A DNA stretch of 64,000 bases, taken from Candidatus Nomurabacteria bacterium. Its GTDB lineage: Bacteria > Patescibacteriota > Minisyncoccia > Phycocordibacterales > UBA9973. Of this stretch, positions 1 through 8,918 are shown piece after piece (position 1 is the first letter of the stretch; every line of letters begins with the position of its first letter). A model generated the notes under the pieces. It saw only the letters and a list, made by a program, of their open reading frames with translations, made no database searches and had not been told where the DNA came from. The translations under genes were made by a program, and so were the position numbers. The stretch is taken from contig CALRFQ010000002.1 in NCBI GenBank assembly GCA_943356675.1, positions 1,433 through 65,432 of the forward strand. The letters run 5' to 3'.

Positions 1-194
1 GAACTGCTCAGGTGGGCTATGGTAACACAAATACAAACTCTTGGATTATAGGCTTCTTCCCATACAAGAATCCTCGCTACGCGTTCGCTGTGCTTATGGA
101 GCGCGGTCCGAAAGCTGCCTCTGGTAACGCCACACGCGTAATGGCCGAAACACTCGACTACATGAGCGTCTACGCTCCGGAATATATAAAATAA
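1..194 (+). CDS. partial CDS: C-terminal end of a class B penicillin-binding transpeptidase (PBP2/MrdA-like); 5' end outside window
   Basis: Open frame runs from the window edge to a stop at 192-194. The tail ...WIIGFFPYKNPRYAFAVLMERG... resembles PBP transpeptidase C-termini. Confidence 0.4.
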   Translation, partial: TAQVGYGNTNTNSWIIGFFPYKNPRYAFAVLMERGPKAASGNATRVMAETLDYMSVYAPEYIK

Positions 195-208
195 GGGATT
201 TTTATCTA

Positions 209-238
209 TTGACAAAATAGGCTTATTTATGCTATAAT
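209..238 (+). promoter_or_regulatory. sigma70-like promoter (TTGACA, 18-nt spacer, TGC-TATAAT)
   Basis: Consensus -35 TTGACA at 209-214 and extended -10 TGCTATAAT at about 230-238. It lies upstream of the ORF at 348. Confidence 0.5.
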
Positions 239-347
239 ATAATTAATAAGTTTTTTTGATATTGGATTTTATTTTGTGTGTTGCTCTCTGGATGTCAGTT
301 TACTGGTTTCTATAGAGCAATAATGCAAAATAAATAATTAAAATTAT

Positions 348-752
348 ATGTGGCTAGACAAATTAATCCCAGACCTGGACACTTGCTTTAGTGTCCAACA
401 CCAATTTGACGAATTTGGAGAATATTCTTCAGGTTCAAGTGTAAATTTTTATCTTGAAGATGGAAGTTATCTCGAAATGAGAGTTAAGTTTTCACCCGAA
501 GATAAATCTATTGCACCTAATCTCGACCTAACCGATTGTAGTAACGAAATAGAAGAGTTGGCATCAAGAAATCAACTTGAAAAAATTATTCGTTGCACAA
601 CCGACGGCTTTACACATTGGGTTAATAATAACCCCGATCCTGTAATTGGAGGATTTCTAAACAGCGGCAGAAAAGCTATCGTAGCTGTAAAGAACGGCGG
701 AGGTGGATTAATTTATGTTGCCAATAATGTTCATTATTTTATACAACCATAA
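348..752 (+). CDS. hypothetical protein (134 aa)
   Basis: Intact ORF preceded by a promoter-like sequence and followed by a hairpin plus T-tract. No recognisable motifs. Confidence 0.4.
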   Translation: MWLDKLIPDLDTCFSVQHQFDEFGEYSSGSSVNFYLEDGSYLEMRVKFSPEDKSIAPNLDLTDCSNEIEELASRNQLEKIIRCTTDGFTHWVNNNPDPVIGGFLNSGRKAIVAVKNGGGGLIYVANNVHYFIQP

Positions 753-764
753 GCAATTTAAATT

Positions 765-804
765 ACCCACCTTGGAAAGTCCATCTTTCTTGGGTGGGTT
801 TTTC
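765..804 (+). terminator. rho-independent terminator-like hairpin plus T-tract
   Basis: acccacc...ggtgggttttt directly after the stop of the 348-752 ORF. Confidence 0.45.
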
Positions 805-899
805 ATTATTTAGGGGTTTACTTATCCTCCTATTCCGTATATAATACGTGCTACTGACGGATACGAAATGGCAGTTTTACACATTAATTTAAACATAAA

Positions 900-1358
900 A
901 TGGACTATATAACAGAAGAAAAAAAGAAGGCATTGATCGAAGAACTCGCGCACCTAAAAGGTCCTCGTAGAAAGGAGATTTTGGAGACTTTGGAATACGC
1001 CAAGAGTCTTGGCGATTTGTCTGAGAATGCAGAATACCACCAGGCTCGTGAAGATCAGGGTAAACTTGAGGACAGAATAAATCAGATCGAATACATGCTC
1101 CAGTCTGCGACTGTGGTAAAGAAAAAGGCTCACTCTACAAAAGTGGAAATCGGTGCGACTGTAGTTGTGAAGAAGGACATTTCAAAGACTCCAATGACAT
1201 TTCACATAGTAGGTGCAGAAGAAGCAGACATGGCTACTGGCAAGATTTCAAATCGCTCACCACTTGGGCAATCCCTTTTCGGTAAAGAGAAAGGAGCTGT
1301 TATTTCTATCTCCACACCAAAGGGAGTTGTGAAATACACTATACTTGAGATACAATAG
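900..1358 (+). CDS. greA: transcription elongation factor GreA
   Basis: 152 aa. N-terminal coiled-coil region (LSENAEYHQAREDQ) and C-terminal FKBP-like domain typical of GreA. Confidence 0.85.
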   Translation: MDYITEEKKKALIEELAHLKGPRRKEILETLEYAKSLGDLSENAEYHQAREDQGKLEDRINQIEYMLQSATVVKKKAHSTKVEIGATVVVKKDISKTPMTFHIVGAEEADMATGKISNRSPLGQSLFGKEKGAVISISTPKGVVKYTILEIQ

Positions 1359-1362
1359 TTAT

Positions 1363-2844
1363 ATGGCCTCACTTGAAGAACTAAGAAGCGTAAGACTTGA
1401 AAAATTAAATATTTTGAAAGAGTTTGGAATGAACCCGTATCCGGCAAATGTCGTGCGGGATTTTACTCTGCTTGAAGTCACAAATGATTTCAAGAAATTA
1501 GAAGCGGAAGGGAAGTCTATCTCTATTGTCGGACGCATTATGTCTATCCGCGGGCAGGGAGCTATAGTCTTCGTGTCACTCTTTGACGGCAGTGCGAAGT
1601 TCCAAGCTGTTTTCAAAAAGGATGAAATAGAAGAAAAGCTTTTTAAACTTTTCGCAGATGCAGTAGATATCGGTGACTTCATAGAAGTCACGGGCACACT
1701 CTTCGTCACAAAGGCAGAGCAGAATTCACTCCTTGTGAAGAGCTGGACAATGCTTACGAAAGCGCTACTTCCACTTCCAGATAAATGGCACGGTCTTCAG
1801 GATGTAGAAGAATCTTACCGCAAGCGATACCTCGATATCCTCATGGATGAAGAAGTGCGCAATCGTTTTATTACTCGCGCAAAGATTGTGAGTTATATTC
1901 GTAAATATTTAGATAATAAAAATTTCCTAGAAGTGGAAACTCCAATGCTTCAGAATCAAGCTGGTGGTGCTATGGCGAAAGTTTTCGACACGCATCACAA
2001 TGATTATGATTTGGATATGGTCCTACGCATTTCCATTGAGCTTGAGCACAAGATCCTCACAGTGGGTGGATATCCACGCATATACGAGATAGGCAAGAAC
2101 TTCCGCAACGAAGGCTCCGACCCTACTCACATCCAAGAGTTCACAATGCTTGAGTGGTACGCAGCGTATGAATCTCTCGAATCAAATATGGCTTGGACTG
2201 AAGAAATGCTAAGAGGAATAGCGAAAGATGTAATCGGCTCTGATACTTTCACAGTTTATGACAAGGAAGGAAATTCTACGGAAGTAGATTTCTCAAAAGA
2301 TTGGCCACGCGTGAAATTTGGTGATTTGATAAAAGAAAATGCAGGCCTCGATATGGCGACAGCAACTATAGATGAAATAAAAAGTAAATGTGTAGAGCTA
2401 GGCATGGATAAGGGAGAGATGGAGAAGACTGGCCGCGGAAACTTACTCGACTTTATTTTCAAAAAGTCTTCAAGAGTAAAAATTATAAATCCTACATACG
2501 TGCTCGATTACCCAGGAGATCTTAAGCCTCTAGCACAGCAGAACGAGGACGGCACAGCGAAGGTAGCTCAGCTCATCATAGCCGGTGCAGAATTGACGAA
2601 TCAATACGCAGAGCTTGTGAACCCGATAGTTCAGCGTGAACTTCTTGAAGCACAAAGCAAAGCAAAAGATGGAGGTGACGAAGAAGCGATGGAAGTGGAT
2701 GAAAGGTTCCTCACAGCCATGGAGCACGGCATGCCACCTATGACTGGTTTCGGTCTTGGTATCGACCGCTTAGTTGCCATAATGACAAATCAAAAGAATC
2801 TTCGTGATGTTATCTTCTTTCCGATAATGAGACCAAAAGAATAA
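1363..2844 (+). CDS. lysS: lysyl-tRNA synthetase, class II
   Basis: OB-fold anticodon-binding N-domain followed by class II core motifs (GKNFRNEGSDPTHIQEFTMLEWY, GMPPMTGFGLGIDRL). Start chosen at MASLEEL (1363), just after the greA stop, rather than the ORF-track 1345. Confidence 0.9.
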   Translation: MASLEELRSVRLEKLNILKEFGMNPYPANVVRDFTLLEVTNDFKKLEAEGKSISIVGRIMSIRGQGAIVFVSLFDGSAKFQAVFKKDEIEEKLFKLFADAVDIGDFIEVTGTLFVTKAEQNSLLVKSWTMLTKALLPLPDKWHGLQDVEESYRKRYLDILMDEEVRNRFITRAKIVSYIRKYLDNKNFLEVETPMLQNQAGGAMAKVFDTHHNDYDLDMVLRISIELEHKILTVGGYPRIYEIGKNFRNEGSDPTHIQEFTMLEWYAAYESLESNMAWTEEMLRGIAKDVIGSDTFTVYDKEGNSTEVDFSKDWPRVKFGDLIKENAGLDMATATIDEIKSKCVELGMDKGEMEKTGRGNLLDFIFKKSSRVKIINPTYVLDYPGDLKPLAQQNEDGTAKVAQLIIAGAELTNQYAELVNPIVQRELLEAQSKAKDGGDEEAMEVDERFLTAMEHGMPPMTGFGLGIDRLVAIMTNQKNLRDVIFFPIMRPKE

Positions 2845-2859
2845 AATAGATAAAAATTT

Positions 2860-2897
2860 ACCCCGTACTAAAAATTAGTCCGGGGTTATTTTTTTTT
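2860..2897. terminator. bidirectional rho-independent terminator
   Basis: ccccgtact...agtccgggg hairpin followed by a T9 run. It sits between convergent lysS and the minus-strand ORF 2906-3091. Confidence 0.6.
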
Positions 2898-2905
2898 GAA
2901 GAGGT

Positions 2906-3091
2906 TTACATTTCCCACAGTACCATTCCGCGCATAGGATCTTTAAGAAATAATGCCTTTTTAAAAGCATATACTTTTTCACGATCTACACCAGAAAAAT
3001 TAACAGCACCTGGAAAGCATTTATCCCTTCGTAGACCAAATACATTAAGTACTTTTTCTACCTTTTCATTTTTAGGTATTTTTACTTTCAT
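2906..3091 (-). CDS. small hypothetical protein (61 aa)
   Basis: ORF only. It lies between the lysS terminator and the mraZ upstream region. No recognisable motifs. Confidence 0.25.
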   Translation of the reverse strand: MKVKIPKNEKVEKVLNVFGLRRDKCFPGAVNFSGVDREKVYAFKKALFLKDPMRGMVLWEM

Positions 3092-3184
3092 TGGGAGAAC
3101 TGGGTTTATAGTTCAAGGATAATAGTACAACAAATATTCTTAAATGTAAATGTTAATAAAAAAACTGTAAGTTATCCACAGAAT

Positions 3185-3256
3185 AGGGTGGGATTTGGTG
3201 ATTGTATTGTGGGATAAAGTGGCGTATAATATAGGGAAGTGGGATGAAGTGGGAAA
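3185..3256 (+). promoter_or_regulatory. mraZ promoter region with repeated GTGGG/TGGGA boxes (putative MraZ operator) and a TATAAT at about 3224-3229
   Basis: GTGGG-like boxes recur at about 3187, 3209, 3218, 3239 and 3249 with roughly 10-nt periodicity immediately upstream of mraZ. MraZ is known to bind direct GTGG(G/T)-type repeats in its own promoter. Confidence 0.45.
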
Positions 3257-3290
3257 AGAAAAATAATCTTCATTTTACTTAATAAATACA

Positions 3291-3725
3291 ATGCTTATTG
3301 GCGAATACATACACACCCTAGATGATAAGAATCGGTTGTCACTACCGATGAAATTCCGTAAAGAAATAGGGAAGCGTGTAATCGTTGCTCCGTACCTCGA
3401 TTCTTGTCTTGCACTTTTCACAGAAAAGGAATGGGAGAATATTTCTGGAAAGCTTTCTGAGAGCTCAATGCTCCAGAGCGACAATCGCTCATTCTCTCGT
3501 TTTATGTTCGGACAGGCTGTCGACACTGATGTAGATGCAAACGGAAGAATTTTAATTCCTCCACACCTACGCCAGCGTTCAGGACTTGGTGAGAAGGTGG
3601 CTGTGATCGGAGTGCAGAACCGTGTTGAAATTTGGAATGAATCTGCTTGGGCGAAATACAAACAAGTTGTAGAAACGCAGGCGGATACATTAGCAGAGAA
3701 GCTAGGTCAAGTAGGAGTACTTTAA
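3291..3725 (+). CDS. mraZ: transcriptional regulator MraZ
   Basis: 144 aa with the tandem MraZ/SpoVT-AbrB-type fold signature (DDKNRLSLP...RILIPP) and its position at the head of the dcw cluster. Confidence 0.85.
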   Translation: MLIGEYIHTLDDKNRLSLPMKFRKEIGKRVIVAPYLDSCLALFTEKEWENISGKLSESSMLQSDNRSFSRFMFGQAVDTDVDANGRILIPPHLRQRSGLGEKVAVIGVQNRVEIWNESAWAKYKQVVETQADTLAEKLGQVGVL

Positions 3726-3726
3726 T

Positions 3727-4632
3727 ATGGCTAAATTTATTTTGCATATTCCGGTACTTCTCAAAGAAACAGTTGATGGACTTAACATCAAGAGTGGCGC
3801 AGTTCTTTTAGACGGCACACTAGGTGGTGGAGGTCATACAGCTGAGATAGTGAAGAGGCATGGAGATAGTGTGAAGATAGTGGGTCTTGATCTTGATTCT
3901 GGTGCGTTTCCGAGAGCAGAGGAAAAGCTTAAGGATATAAAGCACGACACAGTGTTCAAGGAAAGTGCATTCCAAAACGGAGATAAAGTTCTCGATGAAC
4001 TTGGAATCGAGAAATTGGATGGAGTGATGCTAGACCTTGGAATAAGTTCTTTTCAACTTGAGGAAGAAGGTCGCGGATTTTCTTTCATGCGTGATGAGCC
4101 ACTGCTCATGACTATGAAAAAGAATCCGGGAGAAATGGATGTAACAGCATACGACGTGGTGAATACTTGGGGTGAGGAAAGTCTTGCAGATATCATTTAT
4201 GGTTTTGGTGAAGAGAGGTATTCAAGAAGGATAGCGAAAGCAATAGTAGAAGCAAGGGAGAAGAAGGAGATAAAGACGACGGGTGAATTATCAGAAATTG
4301 TGAACGCTGTGGTAGGGAGGGAATACAAGAGACTAAAAATAAATCCCGCTACAAAAACTTTCCAAGCTATCCGCATCGCAGTAAACAGTGAGCTTACAGC
4401 AGTAGAGCAAAGTATACCGAAGTATTTCGAACGATTGAGTATCGGAGGAAGAATGGTGATCATATCATTCCACTCGCTCGAGGACAGGATTGTGAAGAAT
4501 GAATTTAGAAAGTTAGCGGATGAAGGAAAAGGAAAATTGATAACGAAGAAGCCGATAGTACCAAGTGATGAAGAAATAAAAATTAATCCAAGGAGTAGAA
4601 GTGCAAAGCTAAGAATAATAGAAAAAATATGA
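3727..4632 (+). CDS. rsmH: 16S rRNA (cytosine1402-N4)-methyltransferase RsmH
   Basis: Motifs VLLDGTLGGGGHT, LDLGISSFQLEE and FHSLEDRIVK. It lies immediately after mraZ. Confidence 0.9.
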   Translation: MAKFILHIPVLLKETVDGLNIKSGAVLLDGTLGGGGHTAEIVKRHGDSVKIVGLDLDSGAFPRAEEKLKDIKHDTVFKESAFQNGDKVLDELGIEKLDGVMLDLGISSFQLEEEGRGFSFMRDEPLLMTMKKNPGEMDVTAYDVVNTWGEESLADIIYGFGEERYSRRIAKAIVEAREKKEIKTTGELSEIVNAVVGREYKRLKINPATKTFQAIRIAVNSELTAVEQSIPKYFERLSIGGRMVIISFHSLEDRIVKNEFRKLADEGKGKLITKKPIVPSDEEIKINPRSRSAKLRIIEKI

Positions 4633-4952
4633 AAACATTAGCATTTACAAAACAAATAGTTGACGACAATCAAACACGAAAGCAGATCTTTCGAGTGCTA
4701 ATGTCTATTACAATTATTTTGAGTATTTGCTACGTCTATTTTATAGGCTCAATAACATTTAGTATTGTAGCTAGGAAGACTCTAGAGTCCACAATGCGCG
4801 AGACATCAAGCCGTGTTAGCTCACTTGAGGTGGAATATCTTACATTGTCGAATAAGGTTGATGTGCCTACTGGAATCGCTCGTGGATTCGTCGATCCGCA
4901 CAATACGATATTTGCAACTCGTACGACAGAGAGTCGAGTGGCTATGCGCTAA
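4629..4952 (+). CDS. FtsL-like small bitopic cell-division protein
   Basis: 107 aa with a single TM helix. Its position between rsmH and ftsI matches ftsL. Overlapping start and stop codons indicate translational coupling. Confidence 0.4.
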   Translation: MKTLAFTKQIVDDNQTRKQIFRVLMSITIILSICYVYFIGSITFSIVARKTLESTMRETSSRVSSLEVEYLTLSNKVDVPTGIARGFVDPHNTIFATRTTESRVAMR

Positions 4953-6667
4953 TGAATAATACTACACCTTTCCATTCTCGAATTCGCATCGTAGCAGGTG
5001 CTTTTTTTGTATTTGCTTGCATACTCGCTGCCAAGCTTTTCCTTGTGCAAGTAGTTCACTCTAGCTCATATGCAGACCGCGCAGACAAGCAGTATGCTAC
5101 ACCTATCGGTGATATGTTTGAGAGAGGAAGTATCTTCTTTGCAAATCGTGACGGCACACTAGTGGCAGCTGGCACTGTGATGACTGGATTTAAAATTGCA
5201 ATAAATTCTAAAAATGTTGTCGATGCAGAATCGCTTTACACTTATCTTTCCTCATATACGAAGCTCACTCACGATGAGTTCATAGCTAAGGTTACAAAGA
5301 AAAATGATCCATACGAAGAAGTAGCAACTCATCTGAGTAAGGAGGTTGCGGATTCAATCACGCTTCTTAAAATTCCAGGAGTTTCCATTTATAAAGAGAA
5401 GTGGAGATTTTATCCCGGAGATTCACTTGCTTCACACACACTAGGCTTCGTGGCTTATAAAGGTGATGATAGAATTGGCCAGTACGGTCTTGAGAAATCT
5501 TATAATAATATTTTATCTAAGCCTGCAAATGAGGCATATATAAATTTCTTTGCGGAAGTTTTCTCCAACATCGGCAAAAGCTTTTCAGGTGAAAAGAATG
5601 GAGATATAGTGACGACCATAGATCCAGCAGTTCAGCATATGCTTGAAGAAGAAATGCGCAAAACTTTCACAGAGTGGAATGCAGACCAGATGGGCGCTAT
5701 AATAATGGACCCAAAGACTGGTGAGATATATGCCATGGCAGATATGCCAGATTTCAATCTAAATGATTTTCAAAATGTGAAGAATCCATACCTATATAGT
5801 AATCCGCTTGTTGAGAACGTCTTCGAATTTGGATCTGTTATCAAACCACTTGTGATGGAGTCTGCGCTCGATGCTGGTGTGATCACTCCGGAGACCACAT
5901 ACTTCGACGGAGGTAAGGTAATTGTAGACGGCAAGCCTATAAACAACTTCGACCTAAAAGGTCGCGGTAATGTAAACATGCAAACAGTGCTTGATCAATC
6001 GCTTAACACTGGAATGGTTTTCGTTGAAAATAAACTTGGTCACGATAAATTCAGAGAGTATATGAAAGCTTTTGAAATCGGCAAGAAAACTGGCATAGAT
6101 GTGCCAAACGAAACTGTGGGTTTGATCAAGAACTTGGAAAGTCCTAGGAATCTAGAATACGCGAACGCGGCCTTCGGCCAAGGTATAGCCCTCACTCCTT
6201 TTGAAGCGATAAAGGCATTCTCAAGCCTAGGGAATGGTGGAATACTTGTGACACCTCATTTAGTAAAGGAAATAAAGTACGATGACGGCACGAGTAAGAC
6301 ACTAGAGTGGCCTACAGGGAAAAATGGTATTACAAAGCCAGAAGTTTCAGGAGATACTATCACTCGCATGCTTGTGAATGTCTTCGACAAGGCTTACGGC
6401 GAAGGTAAGTACAAATTCGACCACTATAGCGTCGCCACGAAGACTGGTACTGCGCAAGTGGCAAAAGAGAATGGAAAAGGGTATTATGAAGACCGTCACA
6501 TGCACTCATTTTTTGGATACTTCCCAGCATATGACCCGAAGTTTATTGTATTTATGTATTTGAAAAATCCTAAACAAATCAAATACGCTTCGCAGACACT
6601 CATACCACCATTTGTAAATATCACAAAGTTTCTCATAAATTATTACAACTTACCACCAGATCGCTAA
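4952..6667 (+). CDS. ftsI: penicillin-binding protein, FtsI-like transpeptidase (class B PBP)
   Basis: N-terminal TM helix, PBP dimerisation domain and transpeptidase domain (SVIKP-like SxxK, KTGTA) in the dcw context. Confidence 0.8.
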   Translation: MNNTTPFHSRIRIVAGAFFVFACILAAKLFLVQVVHSSSYADRADKQYATPIGDMFERGSIFFANRDGTLVAAGTVMTGFKIAINSKNVVDAESLYTYLSSYTKLTHDEFIAKVTKKNDPYEEVATHLSKEVADSITLLKIPGVSIYKEKWRFYPGDSLASHTLGFVAYKGDDRIGQYGLEKSYNNILSKPANEAYINFFAEVFSNIGKSFSGEKNGDIVTTIDPAVQHMLEEEMRKTFTEWNADQMGAIIMDPKTGEIYAMADMPDFNLNDFQNVKNPYLYSNPLVENVFEFGSVIKPLVMESALDAGVITPETTYFDGGKVIVDGKPINNFDLKGRGNVNMQTVLDQSLNTGMVFVENKLGHDKFREYMKAFEIGKKTGIDVPNETVGLIKNLESPRNLEYANAAFGQGIALTPFEAIKAFSSLGNGGILVTPHLVKEIKYDDGTSKTLEWPTGKNGITKPEVSGDTITRMLVNVFDKAYGEGKYKFDHYSVATKTGTAQVAKENGKGYYEDRHMHSFFGYFPAYDPKFIVFMYLKNPKQIKYASQTLIPPFVNITKFLINYYNLPPDR

Positions 6668-6668
6668 T

Positions 6669-7964
6669 ATGAAAAATACATTCAAAAAAATAATAGTGAA
6701 AATTCTGACTTGGGAGTCCAAGTTAATTCTGGCACGCTACCATCCGAAGATAATTGCCATCACAGGCTCCGTGGGCAAGACTTCTACGAAGGATGCGATT
6801 TATTCTGTTATTTCAGAATTTTATACTGTAAGAAAAAGTGAGAAGAGTTTCAATAGTGAGATCGGATTACCGCTCACAATTCTCGGAGTAAAAAATGGTT
6901 GGAGTAATCCTGGTATCTGGATTGAGAATATTTTGCGTGGATTATTTTTAATATTATGGAAGAATAAATATCCAGAGTGGCTAGTGCTTGAGATAGGTGC
7001 AGGTAAACCTGGTGATATAAAAGGAGTGGCTCCATGGCTAAAGCCCGATGTAGTAGTGCTCACTCGTTTTCCTGATGTGCCGGTGCATGTAGAATTCTTT
7101 GGTACGACAGAGAAGATCATCGAGGAGAAGATGGCTCTTGCCCATGCTCTTAGAAAAAATGGAGTTCTCATTGTGAATCACGACGACCAGCGTGTATTTA
7201 ATTCTCATCAGATTGTGGATAGGCGCACAGTGTCCTATGGAGTGAACGATCATGCTACATATAAGGCTTCATATCCTATTATAAATATCGAGCCAATTGG
7301 CAATGATAATCCTTCAGGTCTTACTTTTAAGCTTGCGCATAATGGAAATACTTTTCCAGTTCACATGCCTCATATCATTGGGCAGACACATATGTACTGC
7401 GGTCTCGCTGCTATCGCAGTTGCTAGTGAAATTGGCTGTGACATATTGAAATCTATAGAAGCACTAAAGAATTATAAAACTCCGAAGAGTCGTCTTACAA
7501 TGATAGAAGGTGTAAACAAAAGTATCATAATCGACGATACTTACAATGCCTCACCGGTAGCTATGGAGGCTGCACTCTTTGTGCTTGAGACTACTCCAGC
7601 AAAGAGAAAGATCGCAGTCCTTGGTGATATGCTAGAGCTAGGGAAAAGGACAGAAGAAGCGCACAATGAAATAGGCTTGCAGGCATCAAGGGTGGCAGAC
7701 ATCATAGTGCTCGTTGGCCCCCGTGCGAAATTCATTGGTGACGGAGCGAAAGCAAATAAATTTAAAGAAAAAAATATTTACTATTTTGATAGCTCCATTA
7801 CTTGTGGCAAATTCCTTGCAGGAATAGTGGAAGAGGGAGATGTGATCTTACTCAAAGGCTCTCAAGGTGTGAGGCTTGAACGCGCAGTAGAAGCTATAAT
7901 GGCAAATCCTAGTGAGGCAAAGAGCCTTCTGTGTCGACAAGAGAAAGAGTGGAAGAGCAGATAA
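6669..7964 (+). CDS. murF: UDP-MurNAc-tripeptide--D-Ala-D-Ala ligase (MurF-like Mur ligase)
   Basis: Mur ligase P-loop ITGSVGKTSTKD and the MurF-type C-terminal motif IIDDTYNASP. Confidence 0.7.
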   Translation: MKNTFKKIIVKILTWESKLILARYHPKIIAITGSVGKTSTKDAIYSVISEFYTVRKSEKSFNSEIGLPLTILGVKNGWSNPGIWIENILRGLFLILWKNKYPEWLVLEIGAGKPGDIKGVAPWLKPDVVVLTRFPDVPVHVEFFGTTEKIIEEKMALAHALRKNGVLIVNHDDQRVFNSHQIVDRRTVSYGVNDHATYKASYPIINIEPIGNDNPSGLTFKLAHNGNTFPVHMPHIIGQTHMYCGLAAIAVASEIGCDILKSIEALKNYKTPKSRLTMIEGVNKSIIIDDTYNASPVAMEAALFVLETTPAKRKIAVLGDMLELGKRTEEAHNEIGLQASRVADIIVLVGPRAKFIGDGAKANKFKEKNIYYFDSSITCGKFLAGIVEEGDVILLKGSQGVRLERAVEAIMANPSEAKSLLCRQEKEWKSR

Positions 7965-7981
7965 TTTAATAATAATTACTG

Positions 7982-7997
7982 TGTTATAATGGACAAT
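7982..7997 (+). promoter_or_regulatory. extended -10 (TGTTATAAT) placed 7 nt before the ldh ATG: leaderless-type promoter
   Basis: TGTTATAAT at 7982-7990 and ATG at 7998. There is no room for a Shine-Dalgarno sequence. Confidence 0.45.
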
Positions 7998-8915
7998 ATG
8001 AGTAATGATAAATTAGAACAAAAAATAGCTATTATCGGTGCAGGTGCTGTTGGTTCTACTATTGCATATTCAGCTATGGTCAAGAACTTGGCTGCTGAAA
8101 TAATTCTGGTAGATTTAAATAAAGATAAAGAAAGAGGAGAAGTTCTTGATATGTGTGATGCATTGTCTTTCTGCGAGACGAATATTGTAAGAGTTGGTGG
8201 ATATAAAGATGTAGCAGATTCAGATATTATTATCCTTACCGCTGGTGTCGCTCAGAAGCCTGGAGAGAGCCGCCTCGATCTAGTAACGAAAAACAAATCC
8301 ATAGTTAGTTCAATATTTAAAGAAATTGGAAATATTAAATCTACAGCCATAATTGTTGTCGTAAGTAATCCAGTTGATGTAATTACATACTTAGTTCAAG
8401 AAATTTCAGGACTGCCTAAAAATCAAGTTTTTGGAACTGGTACCTGCCTTGATTCTGCTAGACTTCGTTCAAATTTAGCAAAACGATTAAGTGTGGATGG
8501 TAAGCAGATTGACGGATTCGTGCTCGGAGAGCATGGAGATGGAGAATTTGTCGCTTGGAGTACTGTAAGTGTTGCCGGTAAGCCTATTGCAGAAATACTT
8601 AGCCCTGAAGAAATGAATAATGTGTATGAGGAAGTGAAGAATGAAGTCTACGAGATAATTAAACTTAAAGGTGCCACATATTACGGTATAGCCATGGCAG
8701 TTGTGGACATACTCGAGGCACTGATTTTAAATCAAAATAAAATACTTCCTGTTTCTTATAGACTAGAAAATTATAATGGAGTAAGCGATATATGCCTTGG
8801 AGCTACTGCTGTGGTGGGATCAAATGGAATAATAAAGTCATGGCCAATAGAACTAAATGAGATCGAGCAAAATAAATTCCAAGACTCAGCTAAAAAGATT
8901 AAAGAGTATATATAG
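7998..8915 (+). CDS. ldh: L-lactate dehydrogenase (LDH/MDH family)
   Basis: Rossmann motif IAIIGAGAVG, LDH active-site signature LGEHGDG, and Gln at the substrate-specificity position (AQKPGESRLDL). Start moved to 7998 (MSNDKLEQKIAIIG); the ORF-track 7989 overlaps the -10 element. Confidence 0.75.
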   Translation: MSNDKLEQKIAIIGAGAVGSTIAYSAMVKNLAAEIILVDLNKDKERGEVLDMCDALSFCETNIVRVGGYKDVADSDIIILTAGVAQKPGESRLDLVTKNKSIVSSIFKEIGNIKSTAIIVVVSNPVDVITYLVQEISGLPKNQVFGTGTCLDSARLRSNLAKRLSVDGKQIDGFVLGEHGDGEFVAWSTVSVAGKPIAEILSPEEMNNVYEEVKNEVYEIIKLKGATYYGIAMAVVDILEALILNQNKILPVSYRLENYNGVSDICLGATAVVGSNGIIKSWPIELNEIEQNKFQDSAKKIKEYI

Positions 8916-8918
8916 TAT

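Noticed and set aside
1359-1709. Numerous minus-strand ORFs embedded in long plus-strand genes (for example 1359-1709, 6821-7171, 9407-9799, 11732-12097, 57763-57990, 59696-60055)
   Set aside because: These are antisense shadow ORFs inside well-supported conserved genes. They lack start contexts and show low-complexity translations.
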